From assembly GCA_965224705.1 (NCBI GenBank), contig OZ245056.1, positions 544,001 to 608,000 on the forward strand: DNA of 64,000 nucleotides, in the 5' to 3' direction. Below the pieces are notes generated by a model. The model did no database searches. It was not told the origin of the DNA and saw only the letters and a program-made list of their open reading frames with translations. How positions within the stretch are numbered: the stretch's first letter is position 1; each line of letters opens with the position of its first letter. Made by a program: the position numbers and the translations under genes. Positions 38,417 through 46,523 of the stretch are shown in pieces. This stretch comes from Spirochaetaceae bacterium. GTDB taxonomy: Bacteria > Spirochaetota > Spirochaetia > DSM-2461.

Positions 38417-40006
38417 CTAAAATAGCTCCGTCTGGGTTTCATGTAAGGTAAGAAGTTTTTTAATCTTCCCTGGCTGAGCCCAATTCATCGTGCCTTCCAT
38501 TCTCAAAGACAACAAGTAGTCTTCGACCCATTTCTCAGACAATTCACTATGGATCGCTGCAGCCTGCTCTTGTGACCGACATGGTATGAAAGCCTGCAAA
38601 GATTGGTTAGCCTGCCATTCTCCACTGAAGATAACAGGATGGAATCTTTGCTTCCCATATGCCTGCCATACAATCTTTACCGAAAAGAAGTTATAGGGGC
38701 CGACACCAAGTAAAGCCCACCAGATTCCTTTGCGGATTGATGAATTTATCATTGCCCCTTTTCGATTCGATAGTTTCTTCTTAAACCGAGATAAGTAATC
38801 AAATAGATCAGGTACCTGGCAGATTTCATTCTCACTCAACGGTTTCCCATTTCTGTTGTATGGGAGCAAGACCCATTTTACTGGCTTGAAATCACCATCC
38901 TTGAAGTTCTCCTTGGTGATTAGAGGGTATACATACTTCTCCGGCAATTTATATTCATCGTTTACGATACAAGTTGACTCATCAACCTTTGTGTACGATG
39001 AGAAAAAGAAGACGTCATTCGCACCGCACGTATTAATACCCTGTCTAGGAGAAGACTCTTTAGCAGCACTGATCTTACGGATCTGATTTTGAAACCCTTT
39101 GGAATCAGATAGTATACTAAGAGGCGATTTGGGCCCAAGGAGAGGTTTCGAGAAGTAATCCTTCCAATTCTCGTCCTCAAGCACAGAGTATCTTATTGGA
39201 AAAACCGTTTTTTTGTTTCTCCTGAGGCCAAATAAACCGTACCGCGTTGATACGTTCTGGAATATCTCAGATTTATTGAAGTCAATTATTTTCTTAATCT
39301 GGTAGTCGACTCCGGAAATCGAGTATGTACGAAATTCTTCATTTGCTCCATCATTTAGGAATATTGATAAGGGTGTAAAGAATACTGCATCACCACCTTC
39401 TTCCAGACAATCCAGAACAGACTTGTTAATTACAAGTGCTGCAATGTCAATCCTCGCGCCACCAAGCAAGAGACTTTGTGCGTTATTTATCAAACCGTAT
39501 CTATGATAGTAGTCCTTCAGTTCTTCTTTATAGTTTTCCGGCAGGTCTACAAAATTTTGCCAGGGAGGATTTCCAAGGATAATGTCATAACGACGATCTT
39601 CGTACAGCATGAGATCAGAAAGAGCGAAATTATCGCTAAGGTCTATTCCATAGCAATTCTTGAATTTCTGAATTGCAGATTGATGGTATTCTTTGTTTTT
39701 CTCGCATCCATACAGATTGTAAATGGGGAGATAATTTATTTCGTATCCGCGTTCAAATCCTTCAGCAACAAATGATTCAAGAAGAGAGCCTTCTCCCATT
39801 GTAGGGTCGAAAACTGTCTTGCCGTTTAGCCAGGGTTCAAAAAGGTCGAACTCTCTTATTGCAAAGCGACCCCATTCAATAGGTGTAAAAACATCGCCAA
39901 TTTTAAGAGTGTTATCTAATAAATCGGAAGTTAGTGCAGTCATTTTTTCTTGAAGATTCTCAGATATTTCCTGGAAGTTCATACATTTCTCCAGAACAGA
40001 ACCCAA
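38417..40006 (-). CDS. Orphan amino-DNA methyltransferase (gamma class, Eco57I/TaqI-like)
   Basis: GDVFTP, VFDPTMGEGS, ILGNPPW and a TaqI-C-like C-terminus. Confidence 0.85.
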   Translation of the reverse strand: MGSVLEKCMNFQEISENLQEKMTALTSDLLDNTLKIGDVFTPIEWGRFAIREFDLFEPWLNGKTVFDPTMGEGSLLESFVAEGFERGYEINYLPIYNLYGCEKNKEYHQSAIQKFKNCYGIDLSDNFALSDLMLYEDRRYDIILGNPPWQNFVDLPENYKEELKDYYHRYGLINNAQSLLLGGARIDIAALVINKSVLDCLEEGGDAVFFTPLSIFLNDGANEEFRTYSISGVDYQIKKIIDFNKSEIFQNVSTRYGLFGLRRNKKTVFPIRYSVLEDENWKDYFSKPLLGPKSPLSILSDSKGFQNQIRKISAAKESSPRQGINTCGANDVFFFSSYTKVDESTCIVNDEYKLPEKYVYPLITKENFKDGDFKPVKWVLLPYNRNGKPLSENEICQVPDLFDYLSRFKKKLSNRKGAMINSSIRKGIWWALLGVGPYNFFSVKIVWQAYGKQRFHPVIFSGEWQANQSLQAFIPCRSQEQAAAIHSELSEKWVEDYLLSLRMEGTMNWAQPGKIKKLLTLHETQTELF

Positions 40007-40462
40007 ATTATCTCATAGTTGACGTTTTATTGGCAGTCTTGCATTTAGCGATCAGCCGTTATGTGAAGTTTCATGTCCGGCGCAGCCGGTTGGCATGCGC
40101 TCTTGCTCTTCTTCAGCAACAACTCGTTCGCATTTGATAGTATCACAATCTGAACCAGGACGTATCTGCAAGAGCCATAGCAAAGAGAAATTTGAACGTC
40201 CCCCGGAGGCAATAAGCATTGCTTAACGCCGCAGCGCATCAACAACTGTTAAACAAAGAAGACCGTCGATAGAAAATATGGCTCTTCAGACTATTGTAAG
40301 AATCAAAAAATACCTGTGAATATCGCAATAAAGAACGGTTCAAAACTGCTATTCTCCTCCATTTTGGGGAGGATGCCCTGTCCCACATGATACCCGGAAG
40401 AGTCAGAATGTCTTGACAAAAGGGCCCACTTCAGCGATCAGTTAAAAACAAGGAGGTACAAC

Positions 40463-41272
40463 ATGAAAAAAAGAAAATTCTCAGTATTGACGATGTCTGG
40501 CCTATTCGTATTTACCGGCATCGTTTTAACAAGCATGGGCAAGCCGGAAGTTACGATAAAGTATGAAAATATAACCAAAAAGACACTGGATCTTTCGGAT
40601 TTCGACACTGTGCTGGCGAATTCCTTATGGAATATCGACATACAGCACTCTGAAGACTACAGTGTGGAACTTCAATATTCCTCGCATTTTGAGGAATACC
40701 TTGATATTCGTGTCACGCAGGGAAAGCTTATTTTTGAATTGAAGCCGCATAAAATTCGGAAATTGTTCAGCAATGATAAGCTCAAGGCCTATGTGACAAT
40801 GCCAGGCCTTGGCTCCGCAGCATTGAATGGTTCGGGAAATATCGATATGGAAGGTTTCGATGAGAACAGGATGGAAATTCTTCTTAGCGGTTCTGGCAGC
40901 ATATCGGCTGCTGACTGCCGGGTTCGGCAGCTAAACATGGATTTGAATGGCTCCGGGGATCTCCGCCTGGAGGAATTTACAGCAGACAATATGGAAGTTC
41001 GTGTCGATGGGTCCGGCAGTGTAAGGGCTTCCAATAGCCGGGTTCAGCAGATAGATGTGGGCATGAATGGCAGCGGAACGGTCAATTTTAAGGATCTTCT
41101 GGCGGTCAATGCGCGTGTTGATCTTGTCGGTTCCGGCGATATTTCATTAACAATGGACGGGGGCCGCCTGGAAGGAACGTTGAACGGAAGCGGAGAAATA
41201 GAATGGTACGGCACCGTGAGTGAGGAAAGTATTGAAAAAAGTGGTTCGGGCAGGGTCAAACGGGGAAATTGA
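40463..41272 (+). CDS. GIN-domain (DUF2807) putative adhesin head protein
   Basis: Signal peptide and repeated L(N/S)GSGxI beta-helix units. RBS AGGAGG. Confidence 0.85.
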   Translation: MKKRKFSVLTMSGLFVFTGIVLTSMGKPEVTIKYENITKKTLDLSDFDTVLANSLWNIDIQHSEDYSVELQYSSHFEEYLDIRVTQGKLIFELKPHKIRKLFSNDKLKAYVTMPGLGSAALNGSGNIDMEGFDENRMEILLSGSGSISAADCRVRQLNMDLNGSGDLRLEEFTADNMEVRVDGSGSVRASNSRVQQIDVGMNGSGTVNFKDLLAVNARVDLVGSGDISLTMDGGRLEGTLNGSGEIEWYGTVSEESIEKSGSGRVKRGN

Positions 41273-41545
41273 TATGTTCCAGACTGACGTGTGTCCGCGT
41301 AGATACTGTATCTTTGCAGCTTAGCGGACACCTGTCCCCTAACCCAACGGTCAAACTACAAAATCAATAGTGAAAAAAAGACTCATGACTGTCTCAGAGG
41401 AAACTTAGAATACTGAATTTGGGTTAAGAATTGCTGTCTTTTCATCATTTTATGGTTTTTCACAGGCTGTGAGGGGATAGTGTTTTCTGTGTGAATGGTA
41501 GAGGGGAAACCTCCGAGAAGTGGACAGTTAACTCGACAATTTACC

Positions 41546-42025
41546 CTACTTATGATAGGTTTCTCCAAACCTTATTTTTTCAGCTCTGTATAGCTGTTCC
41601 AGTAGAATAACCCTGAAGAGCTGATGGGGAAATGTTACGGATCCAAAAGAAACAATCTGATGGCACCGGTTATAAACCTCCGGGGAGAGTCCATTGGAAC
41701 CACCAATGAAAAAGGTTATGTGATGTTGACCTTGATTGGCTTTTCTATCCATGAAAGCAGCTAATTCTTCAGATTTCATGCATTCTCCATGTGGTGAAAG
41801 GGCAATACCCTGAGTTCTTTCAGGCCAATTCGCCAGAAGGCGATGTCCCTCCTTTACAAGAGCCTGATTGAGTTCCCCTGGAGAGTAGTTCGACGGAATT
41901 CTCTCCATGGATATCTCAATGATATCAACACGTCCAAAGCGTTGAAGTCGCTTTCTGTATTCATTGACACCTTCGATGAGCCATTTATCTTTGATCTTTC
42001 CAACGGCGAGAACGCTGATACGCAT
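41546..42025 (-). CDS. rlmH: 23S rRNA pseudouridine-1915 N3-methyltransferase
   Basis: AVGKIK, FFIGGSNGL and TFPHQLFRVILLEQLYRA..YHK. Confidence 0.97.
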   Translation of the reverse strand: MRISVLAVGKIKDKWLIEGVNEYRKRLQRFGRVDIIEISMERIPSNYSPGELNQALVKEGHRLLANWPERTQGIALSPHGECMKSEELAAFMDRKANQGQHHITFFIGGSNGLSPEVYNRCHQIVSFGSVTFPHQLFRVILLEQLYRAEKIRFGETYHK

Positions 42026-42089
42026 GCAGCGATTCTATATTCAGGACATTATTTTGTCAGGCACACAGGATCTTTTTTGTAAACCAATA

Positions 42090-42314
42090 CAGTGTCAGGA
42101 AGCCTGTTGAATGAAACAAGTGCTTTCATCAAAAGAATTAATACATTGTGGAACAGAATTTACAAAACATCCTGCCGGAGAGTCTTTTCATCATTCCAGA
42201 TGAGTAATTCGCTGAATCACAGCTATCAATGAGTATTGAACGACTATATTGGGCAAGGATCCTCATCTAACCGAATTCAAATGAAACCAGGCTATAACAA
42301 GCTTTCCGACACTA
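42090..42314. mobile_element. Family B element, 225 bp, non-coding
   Basis: CAGTGTCAGGAAGCCTGT ... ACAAGCTTTCCGACACTA inverted ends. Confidence 0.7.
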
Positions 42315-42424
42315 TACAAATTGAATGAAAATCTCCCGGGTGAAAGATCAAATCAGGTAAAATTATGCCATTGCAATGTTGGATTCAGCTTGCATTCACA
42401 GCCTTCGAAGGTCATACTGAGAGG

Positions 42425-43744
42425 ATGAATAATCACAGAAACGCTGTCGAAAAATTCCTCCAGGAAGTCCATATGCATCCTGATACGGTGAATATGGAGA
42501 ATACTGTTGACCATATGCTGGAAGAGATGGCTCTTGGTCTCAATGGGAAACCATCTTCTCTGAAAATGCTCCCCACATACATTGAAACTGATACCGATAT
42601 TCCCCTGGAAAAACCAACAGTAGTTCTGGATGCTGGTGGAACGAATCTGCGCGTAGCACTTGTAACATTCAAAGAAGGGAAAAAACCAGTTATCGATGAT
42701 TATTCAAAGCATCCCATGCCTGGTTCCAGGGATTCCACAGTAGGTAGGGAGGAATTCTTTGATACTCTTGCAGCATTGGTAGAACCACTCATCTCAGGAG
42801 ATTCAAGTATAGGATTCTGTTTTTCCTATTCTACAGAAATATTTCCAGACAGGGATGGCCGATTGCTTCATTGGTCAAAAGAAATCAAAGCTCCTGATGT
42901 TGTTGGCCGTATGATTGGCTCAGATCTCAAAGATGCCCTCCGCAACAGAGGAATACAGGATGTACCAGACATTGTTATTCTTAATGATACCGTAGCGACT
43001 CTACTCACCGGTAAACTCTCCAATCCAACCCGTCCCTGGGGAGGATATGCAGGATTCATCCTTGGAACAGGTACCAATACCTGCTATGTGGAATCAAACT
43101 CAGCCATAAGGAAAGTCCCTGGTCTTAATCCTTCCGGGAAACAGATTATCAACTGTGAAACTGGAAATTACGCATACCCAAACAGGGGTGAGGCCGATTT
43201 AATGCTGGGTAGAACAACATCTGATACCAATGCATATCTACTTGAAAAAATGCTATCAGGCGGCTACTTTGGAGCTCTTGCTACTCAAAGTGCAAAACTT
43301 GCTGGCAGTAAAGGGCTGTTTTCCACCAGGGCTGTTCATTCACTGACCGAAATCGGCATGTTTTCAACAAAGGACGCTGATAATTACTGCCATAATCCTG
43401 CTGATACCAGGGACAATGCCATTGCCAGAATAATGAAAACTCATGCCAATGAATCCGACCGACAACGGTTGTGGTTTCTTTTCGATGCTTTGCTGGAGCG
43501 TGCTGCAAAACTGTCAGCAGCAAATATAGCAGCGTCCATCCTGAAAGGCCCCAGCGGAAGTGGTCCGCTGGAAGCAAGTTGTCTCACCATTGATGGAACA
43601 ACGTATTACTGGTATTACAGGTTTCAGCAGCGGGTGGAAAGTCATCTCCGGCCATGCCTCTCCAATAAGAACAAGTATTATGAAACAGTACGAGTTAATG
43701 ATGCTCCCCTGATTGGAGCTGCAGTAGCAGCCCTGACAAACTAA
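42425..43744 (+). CDS. Hexokinase (eukaryote-type hexokinase family)
   Basis: LKMLPTY, LDAGGTNLR, GFCFSY, LLHWSKE, LNDTVATL and ILGTGTNTCY. Confidence 0.93.
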   Translation: MNNHRNAVEKFLQEVHMHPDTVNMENTVDHMLEEMALGLNGKPSSLKMLPTYIETDTDIPLEKPTVVLDAGGTNLRVALVTFKEGKKPVIDDYSKHPMPGSRDSTVGREEFFDTLAALVEPLISGDSSIGFCFSYSTEIFPDRDGRLLHWSKEIKAPDVVGRMIGSDLKDALRNRGIQDVPDIVILNDTVATLLTGKLSNPTRPWGGYAGFILGTGTNTCYVESNSAIRKVPGLNPSGKQIINCETGNYAYPNRGEADLMLGRTTSDTNAYLLEKMLSGGYFGALATQSAKLAGSKGLFSTRAVHSLTEIGMFSTKDADNYCHNPADTRDNAIARIMKTHANESDRQRLWFLFDALLERAAKLSAANIAASILKGPSGSGPLEASCLTIDGTTYYWYYRFQQRVESHLRPCLSNKNKYYETVRVNDAPLIGAAVAALTN

Positions 43745-43754
43745 AACTCATTTC

Positions 43755-43827
43755 TCGGAATGAGAGGACTCGAACCTCCGATCTCCTGCTCCCAAAGCAG
43801 GTGCCCTGGCCGCTGGGCTACATTCCG
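43755..43827 (-). tRNA. tRNA-Pro(TGG), CCA not encoded
   Basis: CGGAATG acceptor stem, CCTGC-TTTGGGA-GCAGG anticodon arm and GGTTCGAGTCC T-arm. Confidence 0.96.
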
Positions 43828-43989
43828 TAAAACCTATCCTATACTCAACGGCATCCTGGGTCAACTATTCGAATTGCTTCATAATTGAAATCTGCTTGAA
43901 TGAGCGATCCATTCACATTGACGACCGATCTTTCGTATAAAATCTGAAAATTCATCATATCCAGAATTCCAACCTACCTCGGGAGGTCT

Positions 43990-44008
43990 TACAGGCTTTC
44001 TGACACCG
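43990..44008. repeat. Family B terminal repeat (isolated end)
   Basis: TACAGGCTTTCTGACACCG. Confidence 0.7.
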
Positions 44009-44062
44009 GGAATTGATTTCATGATGAGCGGGCTCCAACCGATATTGTACTCAGGAGGAGTC

Positions 44063-44626
44063 ATGCCCACACTTGAACACGCTGAACACCTGATGAGGGA
44101 AGGAGCCTTTCAATCGGCCAAAGCAATCCTTTCAGAAATAATTTCCGAATATCCTGATGACTTGCGGGCAATATGCGATATAGGGATTGCATATACTGAA
44201 ACTGGGGAAAACCACAAAGCTATCAGAGCATTAGAGTTTTATATAAAGAATGATGAAACGAATACCTATGCCTGGGAAGCCCTGGGCTGTGCTCAGCTGA
44301 GGACCGGGAATCTGGATCAGGCTCGAAAAAGTCTGATGAAGGCAATTGAAGTGAAGCCTGAAAATTTTTCGGCTTTCCGTAATCTGGGAATACTGAAGAG
44401 TATGGAGGGATCTCATGAAGAAGGACTTACCTTTCTTCAGAAATCCATGCGTATCAATCCAGGTGATTATAGAACACTTTTTGCATTGAACTACAGCTTC
44501 AAAGACTCAGGGAAAAATGAGGAACGAAACAAAATTCTTGATCGCCTTGCAGAAATGGATCTGCCTGAAAATCTGCGGCAGGAAATTGCACTTATTCGGA
44601 TCAGAATCTCTTTGGAGTGGGAGTAA
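44063..44626 (+). CDS. Tetratricopeptide repeat protein
   Basis: AWEALGCAQLRTGNLDQARKSLMKAIEVKP-type repeats. RBS AGGAGGAG before ATG 44063. Confidence 0.85.
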   Translation: MPTLEHAEHLMREGAFQSAKAILSEIISEYPDDLRAICDIGIAYTETGENHKAIRALEFYIKNDETNTYAWEALGCAQLRTGNLDQARKSLMKAIEVKPENFSAFRNLGILKSMEGSHEEGLTFLQKSMRINPGDYRTLFALNYSFKDSGKNEERNKILDRLAEMDLPENLRQEIALIRIRISLEWE

Positions 44627-45040
44627 TAGAACAGATTCGGTACCTTAGCGTAGATATCCACAAAGATTTCCCTGTTGGAATTGAGAAAATGGCGGCTTAA
44701 TCATGAATAAACTGCACGAACTTATGAGGTCATCTGGAAAACAGTCTCAAGAAACTGACGGAGAGATTTTCACCTGCCTGCTGCAGGTCGATTGATACAG
44801 GGTAAGCATGTTGGCCATGCCGCAGCAGGAAAGACCAGACCAGGAACTGGAGAGCGGGTGTTCTGCGGCATATTTTGAAAGAGTTCTGATACAGTATTAC
44901 ATTGAGAAATAATCCGGGACTGCCTGCCAATCCCGAATTATAGAATGATGGTTACTCCTGGAAGTATTCATTTCGGCTCCATCCTGAACTCTTCATTTCA
45001 GCAGATTCCGAAAACAAGTTTCCAGAAGAGGTACCATGAA

Positions 45041-45226
45041 TTAGAAATCTTTGTCCTGTACAGTTTTCCGTTTTGCACTTTTTGCATTGTCAATCGCTTT
45101 GTCGCACATTTCACGAACCGCATTGGAGAGTGCTTCTATAACGGTTGCAGAGCACTTCATATCAGCTGTCGTCTTGATATAAGCTTTTACCTTGGAAGCA
45201 ACAACCAGATTTTCGTTTTCAGCCAT
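45041..45226 (-). CDS. Bacterial histone-fold protein (singlet)
   Basis: 61 aa, LVVASKVKAYIK...EALSNAVREMCDKAIDNAKSAKRKTVQDKDF. It has the histone RKTV..xD loop motif and RBS AAGGAG. Confidence 0.88.
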   Translation of the reverse strand: MAENENLVVASKVKAYIKTTADMKCSATVIEALSNAVREMCDKAIDNAKSAKRKTVQDKDF

Positions 45227-45332
45227 AATGACTCCTTCTATTGTGTATATTGATTATAGTATACTTGCTGCAGTTGATTGTGTCCTCCTCATTGCACTGG
45301 AATTGGACTAACTTTACTGAAATTCAGGATGA

Positions 45333-46523
45333 TTGATGAAAATACATGTACGAATAATGCTTTCAGCTGTTCTGCTTGGATCCTCCATCGCCTCAGGATG
45401 GGCAGGAAATATAAGTGCAAGAATGATCATTGCCGGGCCTGGCGATCCTCTATACACCTATTGGGGACACATAGGTTTAGCATTGAAGAACAACGATACA
45501 GGTGAAGATTTATTCTATGACTTTGGAAATTTTTCTTTTTATTCGGAAAATTTCTACGAAGACTTCATAAAAGGATACATGCCGTACCTGGCCGTTGTTT
45601 CACCAACGGACAGATTCATTGCCCAATCCATGTTGAAGAACATGGATTTAACAATGTATAACCTCAATCTGGGTCATGAAGAACTGGAAATGCTTGACAA
45701 AAAACTTCGGTGGTGGGTATTACCGGAAAACCGGGTATATCTCTATAATTATTTCACAAATAACTGTTCGACAATCATACGGGATATACTGAACGAAGTT
45801 CTTGACAATCAACTAAAAGATCAAACGATCTCTCTTAAAGACAAAAGTTTCCGATATTATGCACGAACTCTGTCCTATCAATCATTACCAGCAGAGATTA
45901 TGTTTCATTATCTTCTTGGTCCTTATACCGACAAAACTATCAATGGATGGGAATTGATGTTCCTGCCCTTTGCAGTCGCAGACTATGCAACCAGGTTGGA
46001 ATACACAGGCCAGGATGGAGTAATCCGAACATTGTCCGATGAAAAAACAATTCTCAAAAAAGCAATCCGTCCGCCAGTACCTGATAAACCCACGAAACTA
46101 TGGCCGTTGTTATTATGCGTAAGCTTGTTCATGTCAATCGTCTGGTTCCAGGCCTCAAACTTGAAATGGGGGGGGCTCATTCAACTGCCCATCGTGTTAA
46201 TCGTTGGCTTGCCAGGAGCAGCGATCGGTTTTTTCATGTTCTTCACCAATCATAATGCCGGCTATGGAAACATCAATTTCTGGTCAACCTTACCCACAGT
46301 CCTCTTATGCGTGATACCCCTCTTTGCCTCAAGGTGGAAATACCAGGAATCTGTTATAGCCTGGATCTGGACAATCAATGCAATTGGACTGATTTCATCC
46401 GTTTATTTGCGGTTAAGCGGTGAAGTTTATCAGGATGTCAGTGCGTTCTGGGCACTGTATGGTCCCATCACTCTGGCCGCATCGTATCCCGGCCTTCTTC
46501 TTAAGAGGCGCTTAGGATGGTAA
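45333..46523 (+). CDS. DUF4105 (Lnb-like) membrane protein
   Basis: GPGDPLYTYWGH, YDFGNF, YLYNYFTNNCST and C-terminal TM helices. Confidence 0.82.
   Translation: MMKIHVRIMLSAVLLGSSIASGWAGNISARMIIAGPGDPLYTYWGHIGLALKNNDTGEDLFYDFGNFSFYSENFYEDFIKGYMPYLAVVSPTDRFIAQSMLKNMDLTMYNLNLGHEELEMLDKKLRWWVLPENRVYLYNYFTNNCSTIIRDILNEVLDNQLKDQTISLKDKSFRYYARTLSYQSLPAEIMFHYLLGPYTDKTINGWELMFLPFAVADYATRLEYTGQDGVIRTLSDEKTILKKAIRPPVPDKPTKLWPLLLCVSLFMSIVWFQASNLKWGGLIQLPIVLIVGLPGAAIGFFMFFTNHNAGYGNINFWSTLPTVLLCVIPLFASRWKYQESVIAWIWTINAIGLISSVYLRLSGEVYQDVSAFWALYGPITLAASYPGLLLKRRLGW

Larger units (their letters stand above)
38167..41560. mobile_element. Small island bounded by direct repeats of the rlmH 3' end
   Basis: CCTACTTATGACAGGT (38167-38182) versus CCTACTTATGATAGGT (41545-41560), 15/16 identical. 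Confidence 0.7.

Noticed and set aside
43755..43827. tRNA-Pro as an island integration site
   Set aside because: No duplicated tRNA 3' end or nearby integrase was seen.
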